Below are positions 1 through 9,079 of a DNA stretch of 64,000 bases, one piece after another (position 1 is the first letter of the stretch; each line of letters begins with the position of its first letter). The translations under genes and the position numbers were made by a program. The stretch is from positions 96,001-160,000 of the IMG/VR virus record IMGVR_UViG_3300002515_000003; one strand, 5' to 3'. Origin of the DNA: a virus (Duplodnaviria; Caudoviricetes). The notes below the pieces were generated by a model, which was given only the letters and a program-made list of their open reading frames with translations, was not told where the DNA came from and did no database searches.

Positions 1-308
1 CAGTATCAGGAGATATTACTATAACACTTAATGGTAGTGGTAATGCTTTTGTAGTTGCAGTTTTAGCAGGAGATACAATTCAAATGGTTGGAGATAAAAT
101 TAGAGCAAGAGCTAATACTGGAATAACAATAACAAATGTTGGATGGACAATATCAGGTACAGGGGGAACAATTATATTTTCCTCAACTATTTTAGGAGTA
201 AATATAGCTCCAACAGTTGCAAATGGGGTAACAGGAGTAACATCGGCTTTTGCAGTAACACCAAACACTAATAATGTTTGGATGGATGCAATGGGTACAA
301 TAGTTTAA
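1..308 (+). CDS. 3' end of a Gly/Thr-rich beta-structured protein, probably tail fibre/structural (begins upstream of window)
   Basis: Reading frame ending at 308; G/T/V/I-rich composition; precedes moron and lysis-type genes. Confidence 0.5.
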   Translation, partial: VSGDITITLNGSGNAFVVAVLAGDTIQMVGDKIRARANTGITITNVGWTISGTGGTIIFSSTILGVNIAPTVANGVTGVTSAFAVTPNTNNVWMDAMGTIV

Positions 309-327
309 AACAAGACAGTTTAAATAA

Positions 328-356
328 TTGTAAATACCTCTATTTTATGGTAATAT
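328..356 (+). promoter_or_regulatory. sigmaA-like promoter for acyltransferase
   Basis: TTGTAA-17 bp-TAATAT with TG extension; GGGGAG RBS before ATG 402. Confidence 0.5.
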
Positions 357-401
357 CTAAGGTGAAATTGTATTTTATTATAAATTAGGGGGAGATTTAC
401 A

Positions 402-1490
402 ATGCCTATAATATTTAATAATAACATGTATATATATCTTATATCTTATGGAATAATTCCATTACTAGTTATATATGGTATATGTTATAACAAACAACAC
501 CATAACGTTAATACTAATGATAATTACCTGTCAAAACAAACAACAAACGCAATGAGAGGATTATGTATTCTCATTATTATGTTACATCATACAACAATAG
601 ATATGGCTTATAAAGGATATATGAAGCCTTTTCTTGAAGTTGGATATTTAAGTGTAAGTATATTTTTATTTTTATCGGGTTATGCTTTAATGATTTCATT
701 TTTACACAAAAAAGATTATCTTAGAGGATTTATAACTAAAAGAATAGGAAGAATATATTTACCATTTTTAATAGTAAATATAATTTATATAGTATTGTAC
801 AATGTTCTGCTAAAAACACATTATGGATTAAAAAATGTTCTTTACACTTCATTAACAGTACAATTTATAGATTATGTTTTATGGTATGTAAAAATAACAA
901 TATTCTTTTATGTTGTTTTTTATGTTTCACTTAAATTGTTCAATAAGAAAAACATTTTCAGAACACTAATAATAAGTTCTATCCTATATATAATTGCTTG
1001 TCGTTACGTTTTTAAACTGGACACATATTGGTACAATACTGTGTTTTGTTTTCCGATAGGGACAGGATTCGCATTATACAAAGATAAAATAAATAGTTTT
1101 TTTAAAAAGTATTATTTACAAACTATGTTAATTACGGTTTTAGGGTTTGGTATTACATTTATAATTTATCATAAAAATATTTTACTTGGAACAATGTTTA
1201 ATATAGCATCATCAATATTTTTCACATTATTTGTAGCAACGTTCGTATATAAGATAAATATATACTCAAAAGTATTAGCATTTGTTGGGAAGATTGCTTT
1301 TGAGATGTATCTTATTCATTTAATACTTTTACAAATATATTTTAAAACTACTAGTATTAAAGGAAGTTATAATATGTTCATTTTTTATGCACTTACAATA
1401 ATATCAGCATATATTTTAAAAACTGCATGTGACTTTAAATTTAGACGTAAAACAGCAACTAAAATAAAATCTAAGATTATTGCGGATTAG
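402..1490 (+). CDS. Membrane acyltransferase-3 (OafA-like) O-acyltransferase, moron
   Basis: MRGLCILIIMLHH, VSIFLFLSGY, KRIGRIYLPF, LWYV, GKIAFEMYLIH motifs; many TM segments. Confidence 0.9.
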   Translation: MPIIFNNNMYIYLISYGIIPLLVIYGICYNKQHHNVNTNDNYLSKQTTNAMRGLCILIIMLHHTTIDMAYKGYMKPFLEVGYLSVSIFLFLSGYALMISFLHKKDYLRGFITKRIGRIYLPFLIVNIIYIVLYNVLLKTHYGLKNVLYTSLTVQFIDYVLWYVKITIFFYVVFYVSLKLFNKKNIFRTLIISSILYIIACRYVFKLDTYWYNTVFCFPIGTGFALYKDKINSFFKKYYLQTMLITVLGFGITFIIYHKNILLGTMFNIASSIFFTLFVATFVYKINIYSKVLAFVGKIAFEMYLIHLILLQIYFKTTSIKGSYNMFIFYALTIISAYILKTACDFKFRRKTATKIKSKIIAD

Positions 1491-1533
1491 AAAAATATCA
1501 CGACATACCCTAAATATTGATAAGCTAAGTAAA

Positions 1534-1580
1534 TATACAAGTAGAGATTAAGCAATTTTAACTCAATCTCTACTTGTATA
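1534..1580. terminator. 16-bp perfect inverted repeat after acyltransferase
   Basis: TATACAAGTAGAGATT ... AATCTCTACTTGTATA. Confidence 0.6.
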
Positions 1581-1710
1581 AACAATATAATAATATAAAA
1601 TGATGGTCAACAAGATAACTTTATAGCAATATATCCTAAAGATATTAACACTTAGAGGATATGTTTTCATTTATAGACAACATAAAATAATACATAAAGA
1701 AAGGACGGTA

Positions 1711-2715
1711 ATGCTTTTGAACGCAAGAGGTAGAGTTTACAATAGAATTTATAATGATAAGGAATGGCTTGTTGTAAATAAAGATAATAAAATACTTATG
1801 GAGGACTTTCTATTAGAATTAAAATCTAGAAAGAAAAAAGAAAGTACACTAAAACAGTACAAAAATGATATTAGGATTATCTTAATTTACATATTAAGGG
1901 AATTAGAAAATAAATCAATTTTAGATTTAAATAAGAAAAACTTTAGGAATATGAGTTTATGGATGATAGAAATATTACAACAATCCAATGCTAGAGCAAA
2001 TAGATTGATGTCTACTATTAGAAGTATGCTTGCATTTGCTGAAGAAGATGACGATTATAGTTATGAAATTAATATTGCCTTAAAGGTGAAAGGTTTGCCA
2101 AAAGAAGGAGTGCGTGATATTTGTTTCTTATCTGAAGAACAAGTTACGAAATTAAGAGAACATTTAAGAACTATAAAAGATTATAAAAAAATGTGTTTAT
2201 TGGACTTTGCCTACGATTCCGCTGGACGTAGGAATGAACTACATCAAATTTTGAAACGTGACTTATTAGAAAAAAATAATACAAACATTGTAATAGGCAA
2301 ACGTGGTAAAAAGTTTCCGTTGTTATATTTCTCAAGAACCAAAGAAAGTCTAGCATTGTATTTAGAACAACGTGGAGAAGATAACCTTGAAGAGCTATGG
2401 ATAGTTGGTAGAGGCGAAGGAAAGAAACCTGCTTCATATGAATCTTTATATGATTGGTTTGTTACTATGGCAGAAATGTTAGATGACATAGATGATAGTA
2501 ATTTACCTTTTAATGCACATTCACTAAGACATAGTGCTTTAGAAAATTTATCCTCGGGTTCGCATTATGTTCTTAAAGAAATAGGTAAAGAGAAATTAGA
2601 ACTGAATCAGCTTATGATTTATGCTCATCATGGGGATGTTTCAACAACAAATAGTTATCTCAAGGTTGACGATAATAATATGTTATCACAAACATTTGGA
2701 ATATCAATTGATTAA
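1711..2715 (+). CDS. Tyrosine recombinase/integrase
   Basis: Catalytic R (AGRRNE), K (GKRGK), HSLR, H (AHHG), Y (TTNSY) all present. Confidence 0.92.
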   Translation: MLLNARGRVYNRIYNDKEWLVVNKDNKILMEDFLLELKSRKKKESTLKQYKNDIRIILIYILRELENKSILDLNKKNFRNMSLWMIEILQQSNARANRLMSTIRSMLAFAEEDDDYSYEINIALKVKGLPKEGVRDICFLSEEQVTKLREHLRTIKDYKKMCLLDFAYDSAGRRNELHQILKRDLLEKNNTNIVIGKRGKKFPLLYFSRTKESLALYLEQRGEDNLEELWIVGRGEGKKPASYESLYDWFVTMAEMLDDIDDSNLPFNAHSLRHSALENLSSGSHYVLKEIGKEKLELNQLMIYAHHGDVSTTNSYLKVDDNNMLSQTFGISID

Positions 2716-2721
2716 TATTAA

Positions 2722-2800
2722 ATGAAAAGTAAATTTTATTGGGAAATCTTTAGTCACAAACCCACTAATAGCACCATTCTTGAAATAGTAAAATCGGTTA
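2722..2800. repeat. Dispersed element copy 1: 6-N6-6 palindrome plus ATAGCACCATT box
   Basis: ATGAAA-agtaaa-TTTTAT, then ATAGCACCATTCT 28 bp downstream; matches copies at 20287 and 35174. Confidence 0.6.
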
Positions 2801-2920
2801 AATTTAACAAAATTACTAAAAATTAATTAATATTGGTAAAATCTTAATAAAATTTAATTAAATAAGTTAAATTAAGAAAGGAATTAAATTATGTATATAA
2901 ACAAAATAATACAAACGACA

Positions 2921-2995
2921 ATAAAAGAAAGACACATTTTCATGCATCTATCTCCAATGATATAGATATCCTCTTTATAACGGTAGATATCTATA
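2921..2995 (-). ncRNA. Putative ~75-nt sRNA (copy A)
   Basis: TTGACA(3029-3024)-17-TATTAT promoter; stem ATAGATATC/GATATCTAT; terminator AGATGCAT-GAAA-ATGTGTCT plus U-rich tail. Confidence 0.55.
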
Positions 2996-3224
2996 TATTA
3001 ATAATATAGCAATAATACATAAATGTCAAGTAAATAATATAAAATAATGAAAGGATTATGAAGGTAGGAATTAATTTTCTATCTTATTTTGTTATGCAAA
3101 AAATTAATGTGGTTTGAGTTTCAGGGTTCGAAGTCTAATTCTCTGTAATTAATAGAAGTTTACCTATAAAAATTTCTATTCCCATATTCAAAAATAAGTT
3201 TCCTAATAGGAGGAATAAATAATA

Positions 3225-4058
3225 ATGAAAATAAATGAAGTCAATAAAGAAGATAATATAAATGTAGAAACGAAAATATGTAGAAAATGTGGTAAGGAAT
3301 TAGAACTTGATAAGTTTTGTAAAAGTAAGGGAAATAAAGATGGTTTGAGTTCTCAATGTAAAGAGTGTGATAAATTAAGAAATAAAGAATATTATAAAGC
3401 TAATAAAGAAGCAATATTGAAACAAAGTAACGATTATTATAAAAACAATAGAGAAAATGTATTAGAGAATAGAAAACAGCATTATGAAATTAATAAAGAT
3501 GTAGTGTTAGAACAGTGCCATATCTATTATGAACAAAATAAGGATGATATATTAATAAAAAATAAGATATACAAGGATAAAAATAGAGATATTATAAAAA
3601 TAAAAAACGAAAAATATAGCAAAGAACATAGAAGTATACTAGCAGAAAAATCAAAACAATATAGAATAATTATGAAAGATGATGCTCATTTTAAATCTAG
3701 GAGAGTATTAGAATCTCAATTAAGAAGAGCAAGAAAACTTGCGTTACCTGCTACATTTACAATTAAACAATGGGAAGAATGTAAAACTCACTTTAATAAT
3801 AAGTGTGCATATTGTAATAAAGAATTACCACTTGAACAAGAACATCTCCTAGCGTTAACTAAAGGAGGTTCATATACTTCTTATAATATTATACCTGCAT
3901 GTAAAACTTGTAATTGCTCAAAGAATGATAAGGATTTGAATATATGGTATCCAAAACAATCCTTTTATGACAAAGATAGAGAAACATACATATTAGAATA
4001 TTTAGAATCTATGAAAGAAAATTCTATTGAAGAAGAGAAAATCTTATCTATAATTTAA
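3225..4058 (+). CDS. HNH homing endonuclease with N-terminal Zn ribbon
   Basis: CRKC..CKEC; CAYC...EQEHLL..KGG...NIIPACKTCNCSK. Confidence 0.88.
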   Translation: MKINEVNKEDNINVETKICRKCGKELELDKFCKSKGNKDGLSSQCKECDKLRNKEYYKANKEAILKQSNDYYKNNRENVLENRKQHYEINKDVVLEQCHIYYEQNKDDILIKNKIYKDKNRDIIKIKNEKYSKEHRSILAEKSKQYRIIMKDDAHFKSRRVLESQLRRARKLALPATFTIKQWEECKTHFNNKCAYCNKELPLEQEHLLALTKGGSYTSYNIIPACKTCNCSKNDKDLNIWYPKQSFYDKDRETYILEYLESMKENSIEEEKILSII

Positions 4059-4402
4059 TGTTTTTATAATATCGCAAACAATATGTTATTAATAAAAGGA
4101 CGTGATGCCTATTGAATATTGAGTAATCATAATAATAATGAATCAACAGTTAACTGTTATTAGTTTTATAAAAGTTAATTTATATAAAATAATGTTGAGA
4201 AAGACAGGTGAAGACTTATCTGGTGGTGGTTATTACTTCTTAAAAATAGCCCTATAACAGTATAACAAAAATATAAACTCTAATGCGACTTTAATAAACG
4301 TGTTAGAGTTTATTAATTTAAATGTATTAAGTAATATAAATAAACTATATACAATTATAGTAATTTGCCAATATAATAATAAAAAAACTTTGGAGGTGTG
4401 AT

Positions 4403-4816
4403 ATGGATAATAATACAACGATAATAAGAGTAGATAGACTTGAAAAAGACGTATCTAAACTTCAAGCAAATGACGAAGAGAAAAATAAAATCCTTAGTAG
4501 AATGGATGTATCAAGTGGTAAAGCAGAGGTATATCAAGAACAAATCATGTCCAATCTCGCAAGTATTACTGCTTCGGTAGCAAAGACACTAGATAAGGCT
4601 ACAGAGACCGAGAATCTAGCCAAGAACCTCAAGATTGTAACAGACGCTCAGAGTGTTGATATAACCGCAATAGGGGCAGAAGTAACTGCAATAAAAATGC
4701 TTCCTGCTGAAAATGCAACCCGTACAAAGTGGTTGGTGAAAGCGATGGTAATTGGGAATATAGGAGCAATAATTGTAATTTTAATAAAAGTGGTATTAGG
4801 GGTATTTGGTTTCTAA
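4403..4816 (+). CDS. XhlA/holin-like protein: coiled coil plus C-terminal TM helix
   Basis: RVDRLEKD start, TKWLVK followed by hydrophobic helix; GGAGGTG RBS. Confidence 0.6.
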   Translation: MDNNTTIIRVDRLEKDVSKLQANDEEKNKILSRMDVSSGKAEVYQEQIMSNLASITASVAKTLDKATETENLAKNLKIVTDAQSVDITAIGAEVTAIKMLPAENATRTKWLVKAMVIGNIGAIIVILIKVVLGVFGF

Positions 4817-4862
4817 TATATATTAGAAAGGAACAATAAATTATGTATAAATATAATAATGT

Positions 4863-4939
4863 AAATAAAAAATGGACACATACGTAAAATATGCATCCAT
4901 TAGATAATTTATATAAACTAGTACATTATATTATCTATA
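4863..4939 (-). ncRNA. Putative ~75-nt sRNA (copy B)
   Basis: TTGACA(4973-4968)-17-TAATAT promoter; stem TAGATAAT/ATTATCTA; terminator ATGGATGCATA/TATGTGTCCAT plus U tract. Confidence 0.55.
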
Positions 4940-5019
4940 TTTATATATTATCATCTAATTAATTCTATGTCAAGAGCTATTTTTAAAATAATATAAAATC
5001 TAATAATAAATTTAATTTA

Positions 5020-5062
5020 ATAGGAGTACATTCTCGTAATTGAGGTGTACTCCTATTTTTTT
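5020..5062 (+). terminator. Intrinsic terminator at the junction of convergent transcription blocks
   Basis: ATAGGAGTACA...TGTACTCCTAT followed by T7. Confidence 0.75.
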
Positions 5063-5144
5063 ACTTTTTGCAGTATGATATTCTAATAAATGGATATAAT
5101 ATTAATATAGCACCGACTTCAATTTTAAGACATAATAGTATTAT

Positions 5145-5196
5145 ATAACCCATATATTCTCAGATTTATTTTGAGTTTGTATGGGTTATTTTTTTC
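5145..5196. terminator. Hairpin downstream of thyX
   Basis: ATAACCCATA...TATGGGTTAT followed by T run. Confidence 0.6.
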
Positions 5197-5197
5197 C

Positions 5198-5899
5198 TTA
5201 TTTATTCAACTCTTTATATTTCCTAGCATTTTCTAATACAACTTTTTTAGTTTCATATAATCCACATCCCATTGCCTTTCCTTCGGTACAATATCCACAC
5301 TTTACACATTTTGGAACTAATAAAGTATCGCTAATCCATTTCCATTCTTCATCTAATTTACATATTTCAACTTTAAAATCTTTCATAAAGTCTCTATATT
5401 CTTCTAAAGCACGATTACATAAACGTTGGTTTGCCATATTTTCTAATGACCTAGCATTTATTTTTACTATAAAAGTAGAATCCATTGCAAGAGGTAATAT
5501 ATATCCTGTTATATCATTTTCTACTCCTAAATCTTTAAGTTTCTTATAATTTTCTTGAATCTTAATCATTGTATCTATATATATTTCTTTAGCTTCTTCA
5601 GTTATATTTTTAGGAATAATATACTCAAAGTCACTATAAGTTATATATCTTGTTGATGATTGTAAGAATGATGTACCAACTACATGCCTAAACAGTTCAC
5701 GAATCATGCGACTTGAGTATCCACTACATTCTATTGTTAAATCTGCAAACTCTAAATTTCTACCATGTTGTGAGTTTATACAATGTTTAGCAATTCTACT
5801 TGCATGAGCATCATCCTTTACTGGAGTGTTATAGCACACTGAAGCATTAACCCCTATTACTTCTAATGGATTGTGAGTGTATTCTAATATTTTTATCAT
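5198..5899 (-). CDS. thyX: FAD-dependent thymidylate synthase
   Basis: HGRNLEF, RELFRH..TSFLQSSTRY, ILP...NARSL, RLCNRALEEYR motifs. Confidence 0.93.
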   Translation of the reverse strand: MIKILEYTHNPLEVIGVNASVCYNTPVKDDAHASRIAKHCINSQHGRNLEFADLTIECSGYSSRMIRELFRHVVGTSFLQSSTRYITYSDFEYIIPKNITEEAKEIYIDTMIKIQENYKKLKDLGVENDITGYILPLAMDSTFIVKINARSLENMANQRLCNRALEEYRDFMKDFKVEICKLDEEWKWISDTLLVPKCVKCGYCTEGKAMGCGLYETKKVVLENARKYKELNK

Positions 5900-5938
5900 T
5901 TTTACATTTCTCCTTTTTATTTATATTAGTTTATATTA

Positions 5939-6436
5939 TTATTTGTTTTCTAAACATTCATTAATTACATTTGCAACTGCTAGAGACATTTTAGATTTAA
6001 ATACCATATCTTGTTTTAATTGATTACTAACTTTTTCAAATAATCCATTATTATTACTAATAATAGTTCTAGCTACTTTATGTGAAAATCCATCTCTAAT
6101 AGCTTTTTTAAATTCATCTTTCTTAATAACAACGTCAAAGCTTTCGGTTATAATTTCTTTTAATTCAACAGAATGTTCGTTTACTACACAAGTAACTAAT
6201 TTAACTAAAGGACTATCATATTTTGTTAAGGATTCTTCAATAGCCTTTTGTACAGATGATTGCATTACTCCTAAAATATCTTTCTCCAATGAAAGAGGAA
6301 TATGTTTTTGATTAACTTTAGTATTCATATCCTCTATAGTTTTATTTAACTTTTCAGTTAATGTTTTATTCTCATTCTTAATGTCATTCACCATTTCACA
6401 TAATTGATTAATAGTTTTTTGTTCATTACTTGTCAT
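5939..6436 (-). CDS. Hypothetical helical protein
   Basis: 165-aa ORF with AGGAG RBS. Confidence 0.7.
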   Translation of the reverse strand: MTSNEQKTINQLCEMVNDIKNENKTLTEKLNKTIEDMNTKVNQKHIPLSLEKDILGVMQSSVQKAIEESLTKYDSPLVKLVTCVVNEHSVELKEIITESFDVVIKKDEFKKAIRDGFSHKVARTIISNNNGLFEKVSNQLKQDMVFKSKMSLAVANVINECLENK

Positions 6437-6545
6437 TTTATAATCTCCTTTTAATTTATATTTTTTATATTATTATAATTTATATATTATGTAATCATCA
6501 AGATTAGCCAATTTATTAATAAACTAATCTTGATAAGAATTCCTT

Positions 6546-8528
6546 TTACAATAAATCTTTTTTGCCTTCTTTTGCATAATAATTTAAGAAAGTTTGTTCA
6601 TTATCTTCAGATAAGATGTTGTTAAATGTCTCAGGTTTAATATTACAATTCTCAATAATTTTATTTATGGTTTTTACTCCTGAATTTGTTGTACCACAAT
6701 TTTTTCTTGTAAAATGAAACCATTTTCTAGAAAAATAAACATTGCCGATATTTTGAATAGTTGTGTATCTTTCAAAAAAGTTAAGTATTACATCTCCATT
6801 TTTACTGCTTTTTGAAACTATATCAACTAATAAATTATTTCTAATATAATCTTTATCAGTATCAAATATATTAATATTATTTTTCAAACTATATCTAGAA
6901 CAATAAATCTTATGCCATAAACCTTTGTTATTTTTAATTGAAAATGTCGTTACTTCTTTAAATTTTAAAGTAGTGTTCCCTTCAATATATTCCCTTGCTA
7001 AATTAAAAGATTTTAAATCGATATTGTGGATAAATAAGTTTGAATTATCTTTTAATGTTGCTTCGCTAAGTAATATTATAGATTTCTCCCATTCATCAAA
7101 TGTTTCTATTTTAGAGTTTAATATTATTAAATCAATCCCATCTTTATAAGCCTCTTTAATATTATCTCCAATAAATCTAACAAACTTTTCATCAAAATTA
7201 ATATTTGAATTATTAACTATTATTGGTTTTTCTAACACAACGTCTATAGGTTTGATTATCTTCTTTTTAATATCAATTTTCTTTATAATTTTAACTCCAA
7301 ATGTTTTAGGTTTATTTTCAGGTTTCTCTATTCCATTAACACCAATATCTCTTACATATTTATATTCGCTAATATCATTATAACACATGTCGAAATATTC
7401 ATATGCAACGTCAGGGTGTTTTCCTGCATATTCAAAATAGTATCTCTTATTAGAATACAATTTAGTCTTACCGTTTACTTTTTCATCGGATGTTTGCATC
7501 CTATTTACCCATTCTACAAATGAATATTTAACTATTGTGCCTTTTTGATTACACCAACTTGCTAAAGCAACATACATTCCATAATATGGTTTAGGTGCTG
7601 ATTTGAAGTTTTTATATCTCATTATATAAGGGAATATATTATGCTTCATGCAAATTTTAATTCTTTCAAGTGTATTTTCGATGTCTCTTGCATAAAATTC
7701 TTCATCATAATGAGTATTCTCGTCATATCCACATAATACGTACATACTAGTGTGTTTATGATAATGTTTTCTCCATAATTTAAGTTTTTCTTCGATAATT
7801 GATTTTTGTGAAATATCATCGAATGCGAAGTACAAACTATTAATATTTAGATTACTTTTAACTAAAACTTCTGCTTTTTCTTCTGTCAACATTCTAATAT
7901 CTAATCCTTGTTTGAACTCATAAGATTTTCCAAGAGAGTTCAACTCAATGAAGATAGATTCCCAATTCTCATATGCAAGAATATTATCATCTAACAAACA
8001 GATATTACGTTTATCTATATTAAAGAATTCTTTGATAGGAGAAGCCTTTTCTACTTTCGCACAGTGTTTATTAATACAGAATCCACATTGTCTCACACAA
8101 CCTCTAGTGGTATATCCCATACTATACATCTCATAATATCTAAACTCCTTATCAGGCGAACCATTAGCTTTCTGTTCAGCAATCCAATCGTCATACAAAT
8201 GGTAATCAGGCATGTGGTGCTCGATACAAGGTGATAAAGATTCTGCATCTGAAAAATAAAATCCGCTTCCTCCATATAATACCATGTCCATAGTTAGTAA
8301 TTTTTGTGGGATACTCGTTTCTACAAATACTTTTGAGACATATATTTTATCATATTTCTTTTTAAAATTCACAATATTGTGGTTCAGAAATTTATCGGGA
8401 TTAAGGTCTGTAATTAAAGTTACATCATCTCCAAGTGATTTATGATATCCACTTATTTTCATACTAGCAAGGTTAGGAAATCTGTGCCTTGGTCTCAGAA
8501 GTTCTGCGTCAACTATTCCAACTCTCAT
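6546..8528 (-). CDS. Radical SAM protein with C-terminal degenerate N6/N4 DNA-methyltransferase-like domain
   Basis: FPNLASMKIS N-terminus, TRGCVRQCGFC (CxxxCxxC); C-terminal IDLII and SSKNGDVILNFF resemble a beta-class MTase lacking DPPY and FxGxG. Confidence 0.8.
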   Translation of the reverse strand: MRVGIVDAELLRPRHRFPNLASMKISGYHKSLGDDVTLITDLNPDKFLNHNIVNFKKKYDKIYVSKVFVETSIPQKLLTMDMVLYGGSGFYFSDAESLSPCIEHHMPDYHLYDDWIAEQKANGSPDKEFRYYEMYSMGYTTRGCVRQCGFCINKHCAKVEKASPIKEFFNIDKRNICLLDDNILAYENWESIFIELNSLGKSYEFKQGLDIRMLTEEKAEVLVKSNLNINSLYFAFDDISQKSIIEEKLKLWRKHYHKHTSMYVLCGYDENTHYDEEFYARDIENTLERIKICMKHNIFPYIMRYKNFKSAPKPYYGMYVALASWCNQKGTIVKYSFVEWVNRMQTSDEKVNGKTKLYSNKRYYFEYAGKHPDVAYEYFDMCYNDISEYKYVRDIGVNGIEKPENKPKTFGVKIIKKIDIKKKIIKPIDVVLEKPIIVNNSNINFDEKFVRFIGDNIKEAYKDGIDLIILNSKIETFDEWEKSIILLSEATLKDNSNLFIHNIDLKSFNLAREYIEGNTTLKFKEVTTFSIKNNKGLWHKIYCSRYSLKNNINIFDTDKDYIRNNLLVDIVSKSSKNGDVILNFFERYTTIQNIGNVYFSRKWFHFTRKNCGTTNSGVKTINKIIENCNIKPETFNNILSEDNEQTFLNYYAKEGKKDLL

Positions 8529-8658
8529 ATGTTATTGTTCTCCTTCTATGATTAATATTCATACTAAGTGTATGTATAAGGATTTATTCTTTATGTATAT
8601 ATTTTATCATAAAAGGAGAACAAATAGTGGGTAGAGATATATAAATAAATGGAAATTG

Positions 8659-8922
8659 TTAGGTTGGTGCTTCTATTAATTCATCATAGCAAATATAAAA
8701 GTCAAATATATCTTTATCATATAACATAGTCTTAATTTTCTTACCTAAGAATTCACAGAAAATATCTTCATTATAATTTTTAACATTGTGAGATATTTTA
8801 AATCCCTTAAATTCATTATCGTAATTATATTTTATGATTATTGTATTATTATAATCTTTTTCAACAGATATAATAAATTCTTTAATAGCAGATTCAGTTA
8901 TTTGTTTTAATTCTTGTTCAAT
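8659..8922 (-). CDS. 87-aa acidic hypothetical protein with ATT start (missed by ORF track)
   Basis: AGGAG RBS, then ATT GAA CAA GAA...; open to TAA at 8659. Confidence 0.6.
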   Translation of the reverse strand: MEQELKQITESAIKEFIISVEKDYNNTIIIKYNYDNEFKGFKISHNVKNYNEDIFCEFLGKKIKTMLYDKDIFDFYICYDELIEAPT

Positions 8923-9050
8923 TTTATATCATCTCCTTTTTTATATTATTATACTATTATTGTAATTATCAAGATTAGCATTGTGAGTTATTACTAATCT
9001 TGATTTATTGTCTGTATCATATTATGTCAATGCTAGTATATTACAACTTT

Positions 9051-9079
9051 ATTATACTATTCTTTTTTAACTAAGTCAA
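9051..9079 (-). promoter_or_regulatory. sigmaA-like promoter
   Basis: TTGACT-17-TATAAT. Confidence 0.65.

Noticed and set aside
2971-2985. sRNA A loop (TACCGT) complementary to ACGGTA just before the recombinase start codon
   Set aside because: Only 6 nt; expected by chance
3108-3150. tRNA suggested by GGTTCGAAG
   Set aside because: No T-stem, acceptor stem or cloverleaf can be formed
6472-6497. dif-like TATATA-TTATGTAATC
   Set aside because: Left arm does not fit; overlaps the common TTATATTAT motif
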